Notes: generated by a model not told the origin, from the sequence alone. A stretch of 64,000 nucleotides of DNA from an uncultured Bacteroidales bacterium (GCA_949291555.1 CASEWE010000009.1:111349-175348); one strand, 5' to 3'. Shown: positions 27,338 to 36,484, numbered from the stretch's first letter. A program made the numbers and translations.

Positions 27338-28312
27338 CTATCGGTTCAGCGCCTCTTGGAGCATGTTATGGTAGAGGGTTTCCAAAGACCAGCCCATTTG
27401 GCGTACTTGTTTCGGCACGATGCTTTCTTCCGACTGGCCCGGCGTGGTATTCACCTCCAGGAAGTAGACATCCTGCGTGGATTCTTCCACGATGAAGTCG
27501 CATCGCACCACGCCGCTGCAATTCAGCAGGCGGTACACCTGCGTGGAAACCCGTTCGATTTCCGCTCTGAGCTTTTCTTCCACAGGGGCCGGGACGATTT
27601 CTTCCGAAGCCCCTTTGTACTTGGCTTCATAGTCGAAAAACGCGTTCTTCGGCACGATTGCGGCCAAGGGGAAAACCGTGATTTCTCCTTTGAGCCGCAT
27701 CAGCCCGCAAGAGTATTCCTTGCCTTCGATGAAACGTTCCGCCAAGACTTCCTTGTCTTCCAAGAAAGCCCGCTCGATGGCTTCCTGGAGGTCTTCCATC
27801 CGGTCGACCTTGCTTGCTCCGATGCTGGAGCCTTCCGAGTTCGGCTTCACGAAGCAGGGGAAACCCAGTTTCCGGCCGATTTCTTCCGGGGAATAAGGCT
27901 CCTTGCGGGTCAGGCGTACCGACTCGGCTACCCGTATGCCGTTGCGGGCAAGGATGGCATTGCAGAAGGCCTTGTTGAAAGTCACGGCCGAAGTGCAGGC
28001 CCCGCAGGTGGTATAGGGAATGTGGAGCATGTCGAAATATCCTTGCAAAAGCCCGTTTTCGCCGGGAGTGCCATGGATGTTGATGAAAGCCACGTCGAAA
28101 TGAAGGCCGGAAAGGGTGAAGTTGTTTTTATCGACCTCTTCGGTAGCGCCGTCGGGCGACCGGTAGTACCATCGGTTAGGCTCGATGATGATCTTGAAGA
28201 CCCGGTAGAGGTCGGCGGGAATATGCTTCTCGATGGATTCCGCGCCCATGATGGAAATGACGCTTTCTTTGGAATAGCCTCCGCAGAGGAGCGCGACATT
28301 GATTTTTTCCAT
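27338..28312 (-). CDS. ddl: D-alanine--D-alanine ligase
   Basis: 324 aa from ATG 28312 (MEKINVALLCGGYSKESVIS...). ATP-grasp architecture. Longer track start 28390 is TTG; ATG 28366 is also possible. Confidence 0.93.
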   Translation of the reverse strand: MEKINVALLCGGYSKESVISIMGAESIEKHIPADLYRVFKIIIEPNRWYYRSPDGATEEVDKNNFTLSGLHFDVAFINIHGTPGENGLLQGYFDMLHIPYTTCGACTSAVTFNKAFCNAILARNGIRVAESVRLTRKEPYSPEEIGRKLGFPCFVKPNSEGSSIGASKVDRMEDLQEAIERAFLEDKEVLAERFIEGKEYSCGLMRLKGEITVFPLAAIVPKNAFFDYEAKYKGASEEIVPAPVEEKLRAEIERVSTQVYRLLNCSGVVRCDFIVEESTQDVYFLEVNTTPGQSEESIVPKQVRQMGWSLETLYHNMLQEALNR

Positions 28313-28439
28313 GCTCTTTCTGATTTTTCCGTACCCTTGCTCTCTTTCTGGCAGGGAGAACGGCATTCCGCGTTCAACGCTTTTCTCCAAGCCTTTGCTT
28401 GGCCTTTGGAAAAGGTTGATATTGCTATGATAAAAATTA

Positions 28440-28447
28440 CAAATTTA
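28440..28447 (-). promoter_or_regulatory. Bacteroidota -7 promoter box (TAAATTTG on the - strand)
   Basis: + strand caaattta in an AT-rich patch, 128 nt upstream of ATG 28312. Confidence 0.35.
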
Positions 28448-28762
28448 AAAAAAATGCGGGATTTCAGGATTCGATGCCGGTTCAGGACTGCGGATCGGCA
28501 CGGCCGGCCGGAAACGGGAAGAGCCGTCGGGTTGTCCGATGAATCCGACTACAGCTTCGTAGGGCGCAGCCGGACAGGGACAGGCAGACCCCCAACGGGG
28601 CACAGACCCGCATGCCGGTTTCCAGGCGCAGCCGGACAGAGAGACAGGCAGGCCTCCTTCCGTCCGGATAGTTCCCTTTTGCCGGGATAAGGGGAACACT
28701 TCCCGCCATGGCCTTCCGGTCTGTTTCCCGGCAGCGGGAAGCGGGGTCTATCCGTAACGGGC

Positions 28763-29683
28763 TTATCCGTAAATATGCACGCTCAGCCCTTTTGCCGCAT
28801 TGAGGTAGTGGACCCCATACCAGCAGAGCTGCAGGCATGCAAAGCCCGCTATCTGGATGACCAGGCTGGGCTTTCCTCCCAAGGCAGGAATGCGGGCCGC
28901 GCTCTTGCGCGCGCCGATGTACAAGGCATAGCAAAGCAAGGTTGCCAGCGCCCAGGTTTCTTTGGGATCCCAAGTCCAGAAATAGCCCCAGGCTTGCTTG
29001 GCCCAAATGGCGCCCATGCAAAGTCCGGCTGTCAGGAAGCCGGCCCCGGCAAGGGTCAGCTCGTCTATCTTTTCCATGAGCCTGTCCATGAGCCTGCTCC
29101 GCCTTTCGGATTTTTCCAGAAAGCATCCTTTCTGGCCTTTTTCCGTTTTCCGGGCAGCGTTTTTCCCGTTTTCCGTTCGTTCCGGATTTTCCAGGCTTTC
29201 CGGGGCGAGCCTCCGGCCTTTTCCCCTGCAGGCCAAGGCATAAAGGGCAAAGAGGAAGGCGATGCCCGACAAGCCGTAGGCGAGGATATACGCGATCACA
29301 TGGGGAACGAACCAGAAACTCTTCAAGACCGGCATGAGTTCCTGTCCATGGGGGCCGATCCGGAAAATCCCGGCAGCGAGGAAGATGCCCGACAAAACGG
29401 TCACGAAAGCCGGAAGCCAGCGGAAAGGGCAGCGGGCATAAACCAGCAAGCCGCATAAGAACAGGAAGAACGCATACCATAGGCGCGTTTCGGCCAAAGT
29501 GGCCAAGGGCGGTCTTCCCGCGTACGCCCAGTAGCCGCCGATGAAAACGGCCAGGATGGCTGTGCCCGCCGCGGCGGGCCACAAGACGGCCGACGTGTTC
29601 TTTCTTGCCCAGGCCATAGCCGAGGCGGCAATCCAGCAAAGGATGCTGGCTGAAGCGAATAAAAGGAAAAGACTTCCGTTCAT
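28763..29683 (-). CDS. ccsA: cytochrome c biogenesis protein CcsA (System II haem-handling WWD protein)
   Basis: 306 aa, polytopic. Trp-rich motif WGYFWTWDPKETWA. Carries a highly charged ~60-aa loop insertion (RGKGRRLAPESLENPERTENGKNAARKTEKGQK...). Confidence 0.8.
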   Translation of the reverse strand: MNGSLFLLFASASILCWIAASAMAWARKNTSAVLWPAAAGTAILAVFIGGYWAYAGRPPLATLAETRLWYAFFLFLCGLLVYARCPFRWLPAFVTVLSGIFLAAGIFRIGPHGQELMPVLKSFWFVPHVIAYILAYGLSGIAFLFALYALACRGKGRRLAPESLENPERTENGKNAARKTEKGQKGCFLEKSERRSRLMDRLMEKIDELTLAGAGFLTAGLCMGAIWAKQAWGYFWTWDPKETWALATLLCYALYIGARKSAARIPALGGKPSLVIQIAGFACLQLCWYGVHYLNAAKGLSVHIYG

Positions 29684-29828
29684 GCTTGTGGGTTTTACGG
29701 GATTTTACCCCGGCCGGGATTTCGCCCGGTCTTTTCCGCCTTGGCCGGCCGGGGCTTTGGCAGACGTGCCGGGCTTGGCGTGTTCCTCCTTTCCGCTCCG
29801 GCCGGCCGGGGCTTCGGGAAAAAGCTGC

Positions 29829-30995
29829 TTACCGCAACGGGTGGCTCCTGGGCTGTTTCTTCAGCGCAAGCGCCATCAAAGAGGCCAAGACCAAAGCCAG
29901 ACCGGCAAAGGAAACCGGTTCCCAGGGATCTTTGACCAATTCGAACCGCACGTAAGGATCCCAGAAGCCATGCGATTCCTTGTAAGATTTAAGGTAAATC
30001 CGGTAAGCCCCGGCTTTTGCCGGGTGGTTGGGGCTTACTTCGGCCATTCGTGCATGGCCGCCGTTTTCCATCAGGAGGAACTTGAGCGTGGCGCGGTAAT
30101 CTTTTGCCTGCGGTTTGCCCATGCCCAAGGCGGTAACGCTGTCGAAGCGGATGAAGAGCGGGATTTGCAGGATGCTGCCCGAACAGATCCATTCCTGCCG
30201 CCGGCTGCTGTCTTTCAGCGAAAGCGTTTCCACTTTCACGGCCACCGACCAGCCCTCCTCGTCGGAGGCGAAGCATTCGTAAGAGAGGCCCTGCTCCCGT
30301 ATCCAGGCCTTGGGAAGGTAATCGAGCACCCGTATGCGCCATTGGCAGATTTCCTTTTCCTGGGCCGGGCCTTTCCCCTGCTTGTAATCCTGGACCCTGC
30401 CCGGGTCGACTTTCAATCCTTGCGGCCTTTTTTCCGGCAGCGGGAGGCCGGTGCGGGTATCGACCACGTAAAGCGTCGGTTCATGGTAGTCGATTTGGAA
30501 ATCCTCCAGTTGCATGGCAAAAGGGAATTCCTTTACCTTCCCCGGCGAACCGGGAATCTCCGTCCTCCATTGGGGCATTCCCTTCCACAAGGCAACCGGG
30601 TAGCGTTCCAAGGCGTAGCTTCCCATCAAGAGCGAAAGCAGGCTCAGGAAGATTCCGGCAGCCAAGGATCCTTGCCGCCAGCGGCCTTTTCGGGAAAAAT
30701 CGTCCATGGCCCGCATGCCTGTGCATACGAGCAGCAGCAAGAGGGTGCTGAGCATGAAGATGGAGTCCTTGAACGAACGCAATCCGGCGCGCGATGCCCA
30801 GTCGGCATCGAACGATTCCGGGCTCTGGCGGACAAGCCCTTGCACCAGGCAGGCAATGAGGAAAAAAAAGATGCAGAGGCTCAGGCCGAGCGGGGAATAG
30901 AAACCCGACAGGAGCCGTACCCGCGTGCGCGAAAGCCCGTAGAGCGTTCCGCAAAGGACTAAAAGGGCCAACGAAGCCCAGAGCGTGAAAATCAT
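29829..30995 (-). CDS. ResB/CcsB-like cytochrome c biogenesis protein
   Basis: 388 aa. N-terminal TM helices, a large soluble domain and a C-terminal TM helix. VSPNHPAKAGAYRIYLKSY resembles the ResB NHP...Y..SY motif. Sits next to ccsA. Confidence 0.65.
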   Translation of the reverse strand: MIFTLWASLALLVLCGTLYGLSRTRVRLLSGFYSPLGLSLCIFFFLIACLVQGLVRQSPESFDADWASRAGLRSFKDSIFMLSTLLLLLVCTGMRAMDDFSRKGRWRQGSLAAGIFLSLLSLLMGSYALERYPVALWKGMPQWRTEIPGSPGKVKEFPFAMQLEDFQIDYHEPTLYVVDTRTGLPLPEKRPQGLKVDPGRVQDYKQGKGPAQEKEICQWRIRVLDYLPKAWIREQGLSYECFASDEEGWSVAVKVETLSLKDSSRRQEWICSGSILQIPLFIRFDSVTALGMGKPQAKDYRATLKFLLMENGGHARMAEVSPNHPAKAGAYRIYLKSYKESHGFWDPYVRFELVKDPWEPVSFAGLALVLASLMALALKKQPRSHPLR

Positions 30996-31034
30996 GGCGG
31001 ACAGGGATGGATGCCGGACCCGGGTCCCGGGTCG

Positions 31035-31658
31035 TTAAGCGGTTTGTTTGCCTTGCTGCTTGATGTATTCGGCAAAGAGCCGGGCCACGTATTTGCCGAA
31101 CACGTCGAACTCGATGTTGACCAGGGTTCCTTCCGCGATATTGTGGAAATTGGTCTCGGCATAGGTGTAGGGGATGATGGCCACCGAGAAACTGCCCGGC
31201 TTGGAATCCACCACCGTAAGGCTTACCCCGTTCACGCAAATCGAGCCTTTTTCCACCGTGAAATGCTCCTGGTTCCCGGCTTCGAAACCGAAGTGGAATT
31301 TCCAGCTTCCATCCAGCGTTTCCACCTTGGTGCAGATGGCCGTCTGATCCACATGCCCTTGCACGACATGGCCATCGAAACGCCCGTCCATGCGCATGGA
31401 ACGTTCAAGGTTCACCTCCGTGCCGGGTTTCCAGAAACGGAGATTGGAGCGTTGCATGGTCTCGTCCATGGCCGTCACCGTGTATTGCTCCTGCTCCGGA
31501 TCGATTTTCACCACGGTGAGGCAGACCCCGTCGTGCGCCATGCTTTGGTCGATTTTCAGCTCTTTGGCGATGGGGGTTTTCAAAGTGAAGTGGAAATTGC
31601 TGCCTTCCTGCTCCACGCCGGTCACGACAGCCATTTTTTCGATAATTCCTGTAAACAT
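31035..31658 (-). CDS. ribE: riboflavin synthase
   Basis: 207 aa from ATG 31658 (MFTGIIE...). Internal duplication with GDSICVNGVCLT-like motifs (HDGVCLTVV, GSICVNGVSLTVV). The 604-aa track ORF is an artefactual upstream extension. Confidence 0.93.
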   Translation of the reverse strand: MFTGIIEKMAVVTGVEQEGSNFHFTLKTPIAKELKIDQSMAHDGVCLTVVKIDPEQEQYTVTAMDETMQRSNLRFWKPGTEVNLERSMRMDGRFDGHVVQGHVDQTAICTKVETLDGSWKFHFGFEAGNQEHFTVEKGSICVNGVSLTVVDSKPGSFSVAIIPYTYAETNFHNIAEGTLVNIEFDVFGKYVARLFAEYIKQQGKQTA

Positions 31659-31738
31659 GCTGTTTTTGTTTTTCGTATAGTCATTCGGGCAATGCCGGGG
31701 TTCATCCGTTCCGCTTGCCGGGAACGGACGGGCCTCTG

Positions 31739-32959
31739 TTATCCGAGGCTTTGCGCGGCTTCCTGCACCGCGGCTTTGAAGAGCGTCATGCCGTAGTCGA
31801 TTTCTTCTTCGGTGATGGTGAGGGGAGGCGTGAGCGCCAAGGCCTGGTGGTTGAACAACAGCCAGAAGCAGATGAATCCTCTGGCCATGCAGCGTTCCTG
31901 GATCCGGGCCGCGAGTTCCTCGTTGGCGAAGTGGGCAGCCAAGAAAAGCCCTTTGCCATGCACGGTCTCCACTTGAGGGATTTCCGAGAGATGCTTGCGG
32001 ATGCGCTGGCCTTTGGCCTCCACTTCCGACAGGAATCGCGGTTGCTTCACGATATTGAGCGATGCCAGCGCCGCCGCGCAGCTGAGCGGATGCCCGCCGA
32101 AGGTGGAAGCGTGGCCCATGAGCGGGTGTTCCCCGTTGAGCAGCTCCATGAGTTCTTCGCTGGCCACGAACGCTCCGATCGGCATTCCTCCGCCCATGCC
32201 TTTGGCAATGCAGAGGATGTCGGGCTCCACGCCGTAGTGTTCGAACGCGAAAAGCTTGCCTGTCCGGCCGAAGCCGCTTTGTATCTCGTCGAACACGAGA
32301 AGCGCCCCGGTTTCCGTGCACCGCTCCCGAAGGCGGCGCAGCCAGGCCGTATCGGCTTCGAGCATTCCTCCGCCCGACTGTACCACTTCGGCAATCACGC
32401 ACGAGGTCTGCTTGTCGATGAGTTCCAAGGATTCCATCTTGTTGTAGTCCAGCAGGCGATGCCCGGGCAGGAGCGGGTCGAACCGCTGCCGTATGGGGTC
32501 GTTGCCCAAGGCGCTCATGGCTCCCATGCTGCTGCCGTGGTAGGAGTTCCGGAACGAGACGATACCGCCCCGGTGGTTGGACAGCCTTGCCAGCTTGATG
32601 GCTCCATCCATGGCTTCCGAACCCGAATTGAGCAGGAAGATCTTTTGCAGGCGGCCGGGCAGTTCCTGGCAGAGCGCCTGGGCCAGGTCGAGCTGGGGCT
32701 GCTGGATGAACTCCCCGTAGACCATCACGTGGAGGTATTGCCGCATTTGCTCCTGCAAGGCTTCCATGACGGCCGGATTCCTGTGCCCTACGTTGTTGAC
32801 GCAGATGCTGGCAATGAAATCGATGTATTTTTTCCCTTCTTTGTCCCAAAGGAAAACCCCTTCGGCTTTTTCCACATCGACAATGAACGAGTCCATGTTG
32901 GAAGCTTGCGCCATGTAGCGCTTGAAGAGATGGCGGTTGCGGTTATTGTTGCTTTCCAT
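31739..32959 (-). CDS. class III (acetylornithine/GABA-type) PLP aminotransferase
   Basis: 406 aa from ATG 32959. Motifs FLLNSGSEAMDGAIKLAR and FDEIQSGFGRTGKLFAFEH. Confidence 0.85.
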   Translation of the reverse strand: MESNNNRNRHLFKRYMAQASNMDSFIVDVEKAEGVFLWDKEGKKYIDFIASICVNNVGHRNPAVMEALQEQMRQYLHVMVYGEFIQQPQLDLAQALCQELPGRLQKIFLLNSGSEAMDGAIKLARLSNHRGGIVSFRNSYHGSSMGAMSALGNDPIRQRFDPLLPGHRLLDYNKMESLELIDKQTSCVIAEVVQSGGGMLEADTAWLRRLRERCTETGALLVFDEIQSGFGRTGKLFAFEHYGVEPDILCIAKGMGGGMPIGAFVASEELMELLNGEHPLMGHASTFGGHPLSCAAALASLNIVKQPRFLSEVEAKGQRIRKHLSEIPQVETVHGKGLFLAAHFANEELAARIQERCMARGFICFWLLFNHQALALTPPLTITEEEIDYGMTLFKAAVQEAAQSLG

Positions 32960-33114
32960 AGTGCAGGATGACCGTTCCCTGCCGTGGCCGGCCGCTTTGC
33001 TCCGGGTTTCCGAGCCATGTTTCCGGGCTTCGAGCCTTCTGTCCTCATGGCGGGAATGGAACCCGTTTCCGGCGGCGTTTTGCTTCTTGTTTCCCGGCAG
33101 GGAGGGTCGGGACG

Positions 33115-33122
33115 CAAATTTA
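33115..33122 (-). promoter_or_regulatory. Bacteroidota -7 promoter box (TAAATTTG on the - strand)
   Basis: + strand caaattta, 156 nt upstream of ATG 32959. Confidence 0.3.
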
Positions 33123-33256
33123 TATCTTTTTTGAAAACCCTTTCGGCACTTCCCGGGCGGAGAGGCCCCAAAACCGGCAGCTTCTTTACCGCGATGCCAC
33201 AAAATGGAAAATCTGAGCGCGGCATCCTCGCGAATGCGCGAGGAGGCCGGGCTCCG

Positions 33257-33288
33257 GCATTTGCCGGAACTTTCCTTCCGGCAAATGC
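33257..33288 (-). terminator. strong hairpin downstream of the five-gene operon (no U-tract)
   Basis: Perfect 13-bp stem GCATTTGCCGGAA/TTCCGGCAAATGC with a 6-nt loop, and a second small CTTCCC/GGGAAG hairpin beside it. It starts about 35 nt after the stop at 33323. Confidence 0.4.
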
Positions 33289-33322
33289 GCTTCCCTTCGG
33301 GAAGATGTCCTTTTGCGAGGTT

Positions 33323-33913
33323 TTATAACAAGCTTTCAGGCAGTTCCTGCTTGCAGAGGTTCTTCATTTCGAGCGTGTCTTCCTCCCGCAATCCCAACCC
33401 CATGGCATTGTCGAGCTCCTCTTGGTAAGAGGGCGAGATGTTGAGGCTTTTCCGGTTGAAGTAGTCGAGCTTGATGTAGGCCAGGAGATAATGGTAAATG
33501 GCCTTGTCCTCGATCATGATGGCCGCATCGAGGTATTCCATCATTTTGTTGATGGTGTCGCGGGGCGTAACGAAAGGCTTTTTCCCTTTCATCATGCAAA
33601 GGGCGGCGTAGAAGTACGTGTCGGGGTAGTCGAAGTTTTCTACCAAAGCCTTTTCGAACGCTTCGATGGCCTTGTCGTACAGGCCTAATTGCCAGTAGCA
33701 GATGGCAATCGAAGTGTTCAGTTCCCGATTGTCGGGATGTTCGGCCAAGGCTTTTTTGTAGGCGTTGGCGTACTTGTTCAGTTCTATGGGCTTGAACCCG
33801 CTGATAGACTGCGTGCTGGTTATGACAATGGGCCGATCGCAGGATTCGCAGACTTTGTCGCTCAGCGAAACCGGTGTACCGCAACCCGGGCAGGTGAGAT
33901 TGATGACTTCCAT
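33323..33913 (-). CDS. zinc-ribbon + TPR repeat protein
   Basis: 196 aa. N-terminal CPGCGTPVSLSDKVCESCDRP (two CxxC pairs). TPR-like helices follow (YANAYKKALAEHPDN..., LGLYDKAIEAFEKAL). Confidence 0.7.
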   Translation of the reverse strand: MEVINLTCPGCGTPVSLSDKVCESCDRPIVITSTQSISGFKPIELNKYANAYKKALAEHPDNRELNTSIAICYWQLGLYDKAIEAFEKALVENFDYPDTYFYAALCMMKGKKPFVTPRDTINKMMEYLDAAIMIEDKAIYHYLLAYIKLDYFNRKSLNISPSYQEELDNAMGLGLREEDTLEMKNLCKQELPESLL

Positions 33914-33921
33914 GTTCTGAT

Positions 33922-34680
33922 TTAATTTTTCGAAGCGTTTTTAATGAAATCGATTTGCGGGAGTGCGCTGGCAACCAGGCGATCCATTTTCTTGGTCATG
34001 TTTTCGAGTTCCTCGGCAGGCGCGTCCTCGGTCTGGTTGATCAGTTCCTCGCACTTGTCGAGCAAGGAGGCCAGCTGCGCGCCCAAGGTGGGATTCTGGC
34101 ATGCTTTGGGCGGAAGCGTGGAAATGGCGTTGGCCACAGGGCTCAGCCGGTTCAGGTATTGCATCCCGGCCGGGCGGGAGATGCCCTTTTCCACGCAGAT
34201 GGCTTGATAGCGGTTCACGAGCATGTCGGCCTTTTGCGAGAAGAAGGCGATCGACTTGAAATCTTCGTCGAGCTTCTCGACGCTTTCCTTGTAGTTGGTG
34301 TCCTGACGGCCCAATACCAGCGAGAGGATGATCCATAGCAGGGTGATGATCATCAGGCCGGCAATGTAGTACTTCATGGCCATGACCCCGCTCAGGGCAA
34401 TGGAGTAAAGCAGCATCCAAGCCAAGCCCGCCACGATGTAGTAGACCGCCACGATTCCGAAGACCGCGTAGAAAGGCGTGCTCAAGTCGTGGTTCTTCTT
34501 CTGGAACAGGACATTGATGTAGCCGAAAAAGATCCCTTCCAGAAGGAGCGTGTAAACCATGTTGGTGTAAAACAAGGCCCCCGCGTTTTCCGGGCGGAAA
34601 ATGAAAAACATCACAATGGTGCATGCCGCCACGATTGCCGGCAGCACGAAAGCGCTGATTATATTGATTTTTTCCCTCAT
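33922..34680 (-). CDS. polytopic membrane protein with C-terminal soluble helical domain (hypothetical)
   Basis: 252 aa from ATG 34680. About five predicted TM helices, then ~110 aa of charged helical sequence. Lies 9 nt upstream of the next gene. Confidence 0.65.
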   Translation of the reverse strand: MREKINIISAFVLPAIVAACTIVMFFIFRPENAGALFYTNMVYTLLLEGIFFGYINVLFQKKNHDLSTPFYAVFGIVAVYYIVAGLAWMLLYSIALSGVMAMKYYIAGLMIITLLWIILSLVLGRQDTNYKESVEKLDEDFKSIAFFSQKADMLVNRYQAICVEKGISRPAGMQYLNRLSPVANAISTLPPKACQNPTLGAQLASLLDKCEELINQTEDAPAEELENMTKKMDRLVASALPQIDFIKNASKN

Positions 34681-34714
34681 GATAGTGGTTGTTTGGGTTT
34701 CTGCATCGGGTTGC

Positions 34715-36013
34715 TTACAGGGCCGGGGGTGTCGGTGGAACCGGCGGAGCTGGCGGAACGGGGGGGGCTGGCGGCACATTCCCGAAGAGGGCTTGCATCT
34801 CCGGGCAATCCCCGGCTTTGAGCCATTGGGCCATTCCCGGCCTCCAGACCAGAGTTTCCCGCGTGATCTGGCCGCTGGCGATAAGCTGCTGCAAGTATTG
34901 GGCATCGAAAGGCCCGGCTTGCTGGTTGTTGATGATGGCATGGAACGATACCGGAGCGGGCGGAGGCGGGACTGCGCCAGGAGCAGGCGGGGGCGTTTGC
35001 GGGTATCCTCCCTGCGGGTATCCTCCTTGCGGGTAACCTTGCGGGTAGCCGCCTTGCGGGGGAGCGCCAGGATTCATGACATTGGCGATGTTGCCCATTT
35101 GCTGCCCGAAAGCGCCGCCGATGCCGAAGCCCATTCCCAGGCCCATGCCGGCACCCATTACCTGGCCGGCACCGCCTTCGTTCCGGGCCGCGCCTTCCAG
35201 AATATCGAACCGGCGTTCCTCCTGGTAAGTAAAGCCTTCCACTTTCCGGCTGGCAGCCCTTGCCTTGGCTTCCAAGACGGCCTTCGCGCCGGGATCATTC
35301 TGGTCGAAGTCGATGTTCGAGACCCGGAGATTGGTTATTTCGATGCCGTAGCGCGAAAATTCGGACGCGATCCGGTCTCGGACGAATTCGGAAACCGGGG
35401 TCAGGAAGCGCGCGATTTCCACGACGGAGAGCTTTTGTTCGTAGAGGAAAGTGCTGATGCTTTCCTTCAGGTTGGCCACGATATCGGAGCGGAACTGGTT
35501 GATGATGTCTTTCGTCGTGAAGAGGTGCAGCGTGCCCACCATCTTTCGGAACAGCGCCACGGCATCGACCACTTGGATCCCGTATTCCCCGTGCGAGCGC
35601 ACGTTGATGATGGCTTCCCCGAATTTGGTGTCTTCGATGGGGAGCGGTTCGGGCGTGCCGAATTTGAGGTTGCGCCGGGCGGTCTTGTTGACGAACCAGA
35701 CTTCCGCCGTGAAAGGCGTGCGTCCACCGAAAGGAAGGTTGATGAGTTTCTGGAGTATCGGGAGGTTGTTGGCATCCAAAGTCCGGGTTCCCGGGCCGAA
35801 GACATCGCACATCTGCCCGCCTTTCAAGAAAATGGCTTCCTGGCCTTCCCGGACGGTGAGCTGGGTGCCGGTACTGAGGTTGTCGTAGGGAAATTTCCAG
35901 ACCAGGTCGTCTTCTTCCCCGCTGTAGCGGACAACATCGATCATGCCTTTCCGTTCTTCGCCTTGGCCGTCGTAGGTCATGCCGTCGGTCCTGTTTTTAT
36001 TGAATAAGCCCAT
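34715..36013 (-). CDS. SPFH (stomatin/prohibitin/flotillin/HflKC)-domain protein, YdjI-like, with Pro/Gly-rich linker and GYF_2-like C-terminal domain
   Basis: 432 aa. The N-terminal ~290 aa resembles the YdjI/virion-core-like SPFH group (LVWKFPYDNLSTGTQLTVREGQEAIFLKGG..., PFTAEVWFVNK). Then GGYPQGYPQGGYPQGGYPQ, then FHAIINNQQAGPFDAQYLQQLIASGQITRETLVWRPGMAQWLKAGDCPEMQALF (GYF_2-like), then PPAPPVPPAPPVPPTPP. Confidence 0.8.
   Translation of the reverse strand: MGLFNKNRTDGMTYDGQGEERKGMIDVVRYSGEEDDLVWKFPYDNLSTGTQLTVREGQEAIFLKGGQMCDVFGPGTRTLDANNLPILQKLINLPFGGRTPFTAEVWFVNKTARRNLKFGTPEPLPIEDTKFGEAIINVRSHGEYGIQVVDAVALFRKMVGTLHLFTTKDIINQFRSDIVANLKESISTFLYEQKLSVVEIARFLTPVSEFVRDRIASEFSRYGIEITNLRVSNIDFDQNDPGAKAVLEAKARAASRKVEGFTYQEERRFDILEGAARNEGGAGQVMGAGMGLGMGFGIGGAFGQQMGNIANVMNPGAPPQGGYPQGYPQGGYPQGGYPQTPPPAPGAVPPPPAPVSFHAIINNQQAGPFDAQYLQQLIASGQITRETLVWRPGMAQWLKAGDCPEMQALFGNVPPAPPVPPAPPVPPTPPAL
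34997..35053 (-). repeat. coding tandem repeat G(G)YPQ x4
   Basis: The - strand reads ggcggctacccgcaa ggttacccgcaa ggaggatacccgcag ggaggatacccgcaa. Confidence 0.8.
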
Positions 36014-36034
36014 GACTTTTTGTATTTATGGATT

Positions 36035-36484
36035 TTACGGATAGTCTATTACGATTTCTTTTCCGGTGCATCGGCGCAGGAGGCGGATGCCGGTCTTGTA
36101 GCAGCCCACCCAGGCGCCGTATTTCTTTATGGCGAGGATGGCGTACTGGGAGCAGGTCGGAATCATGCAGCACCTTCTTCGCACATGGTCGGGCGCGTAA
36201 TGCTGGTAGAGTTTCACGGCCAGGATGAGCGTGACGCGGAGCGTCGACAGGAAGACAATGGCTTGCCCGAGGAAAAAGGTTAGCGGGAAGCCCAGTCTTT
36301 CATGAAAAAAGGAAATACCGGCAAACGGCAACCCCTTTTCGGCCAGGAACGCAAGTAGAAGAGAAGCGGTTTCCAAGGCCAGAATCCAACCCGCAAAATG
36401 CCATGCCCGTATGTCGGGCCGGGTTATTTCCCGCTTGGCGTAGTCTTCGAGCGAGGGGACGGCTGTCGGTATCTCCTTTTCCAC
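36035..36484 (-). CDS. YidD-like (membrane protein insertion efficiency factor family) domain protein with N-terminal TM extension
   Basis: 149 aa. C-terminal YQHYAPDHVRRRCCMIPTCSQYAILAIKKYGAWVGCYKTGIRLLRRC matches the YidD Cys-rich signature. The N-terminal ~95 aa adds hydrophobic helices. The only usable start is GTG 36484 (no in-frame ATG before the domain), 16 nt after the upstream stop. Confidence 0.65.
   Translation of the reverse strand: MEKEIPTAVPSLEDYAKREITRPDIRAWHFAGWILALETASLLLAFLAEKGLPFAGISFFHERLGFPLTFFLGQAIVFLSTLRVTLILAVKLYQHYAPDHVRRRCCMIPTCSQYAILAIKKYGAWVGCYKTGIRLLRRCTGKEIVIDYP

Noticed and set aside
25553-28690. 467-aa and 489-aa + strand ORFs, plus 24747-25625 and 25857-26720 - strand alternative frames
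   Set aside because: These are antisense or out-of-frame overlaps of mutL and ddl. The mutL and ddl frames carry the diagnostic motifs.
31659-32849. N-terminal 397 aa of the 604-aa ORF ending in ribE
   Set aside because: The riboflavin synthase homology starts at MFTGIIE (ATG 31658). The upstream part is an out-of-frame overlap of the aminotransferase gene (Arg/Pro/Gly-rich). The same kind of artefactual 5' extension was trimmed at 3993-4214, 5282-5389, 13072-13170, 16254-16316, 28313-28390, 32960-33202, 34681-34941, 41810-42091, 46343-46504, 50511-50591, 56872-56994, 59546-60328 and 59814-59879.
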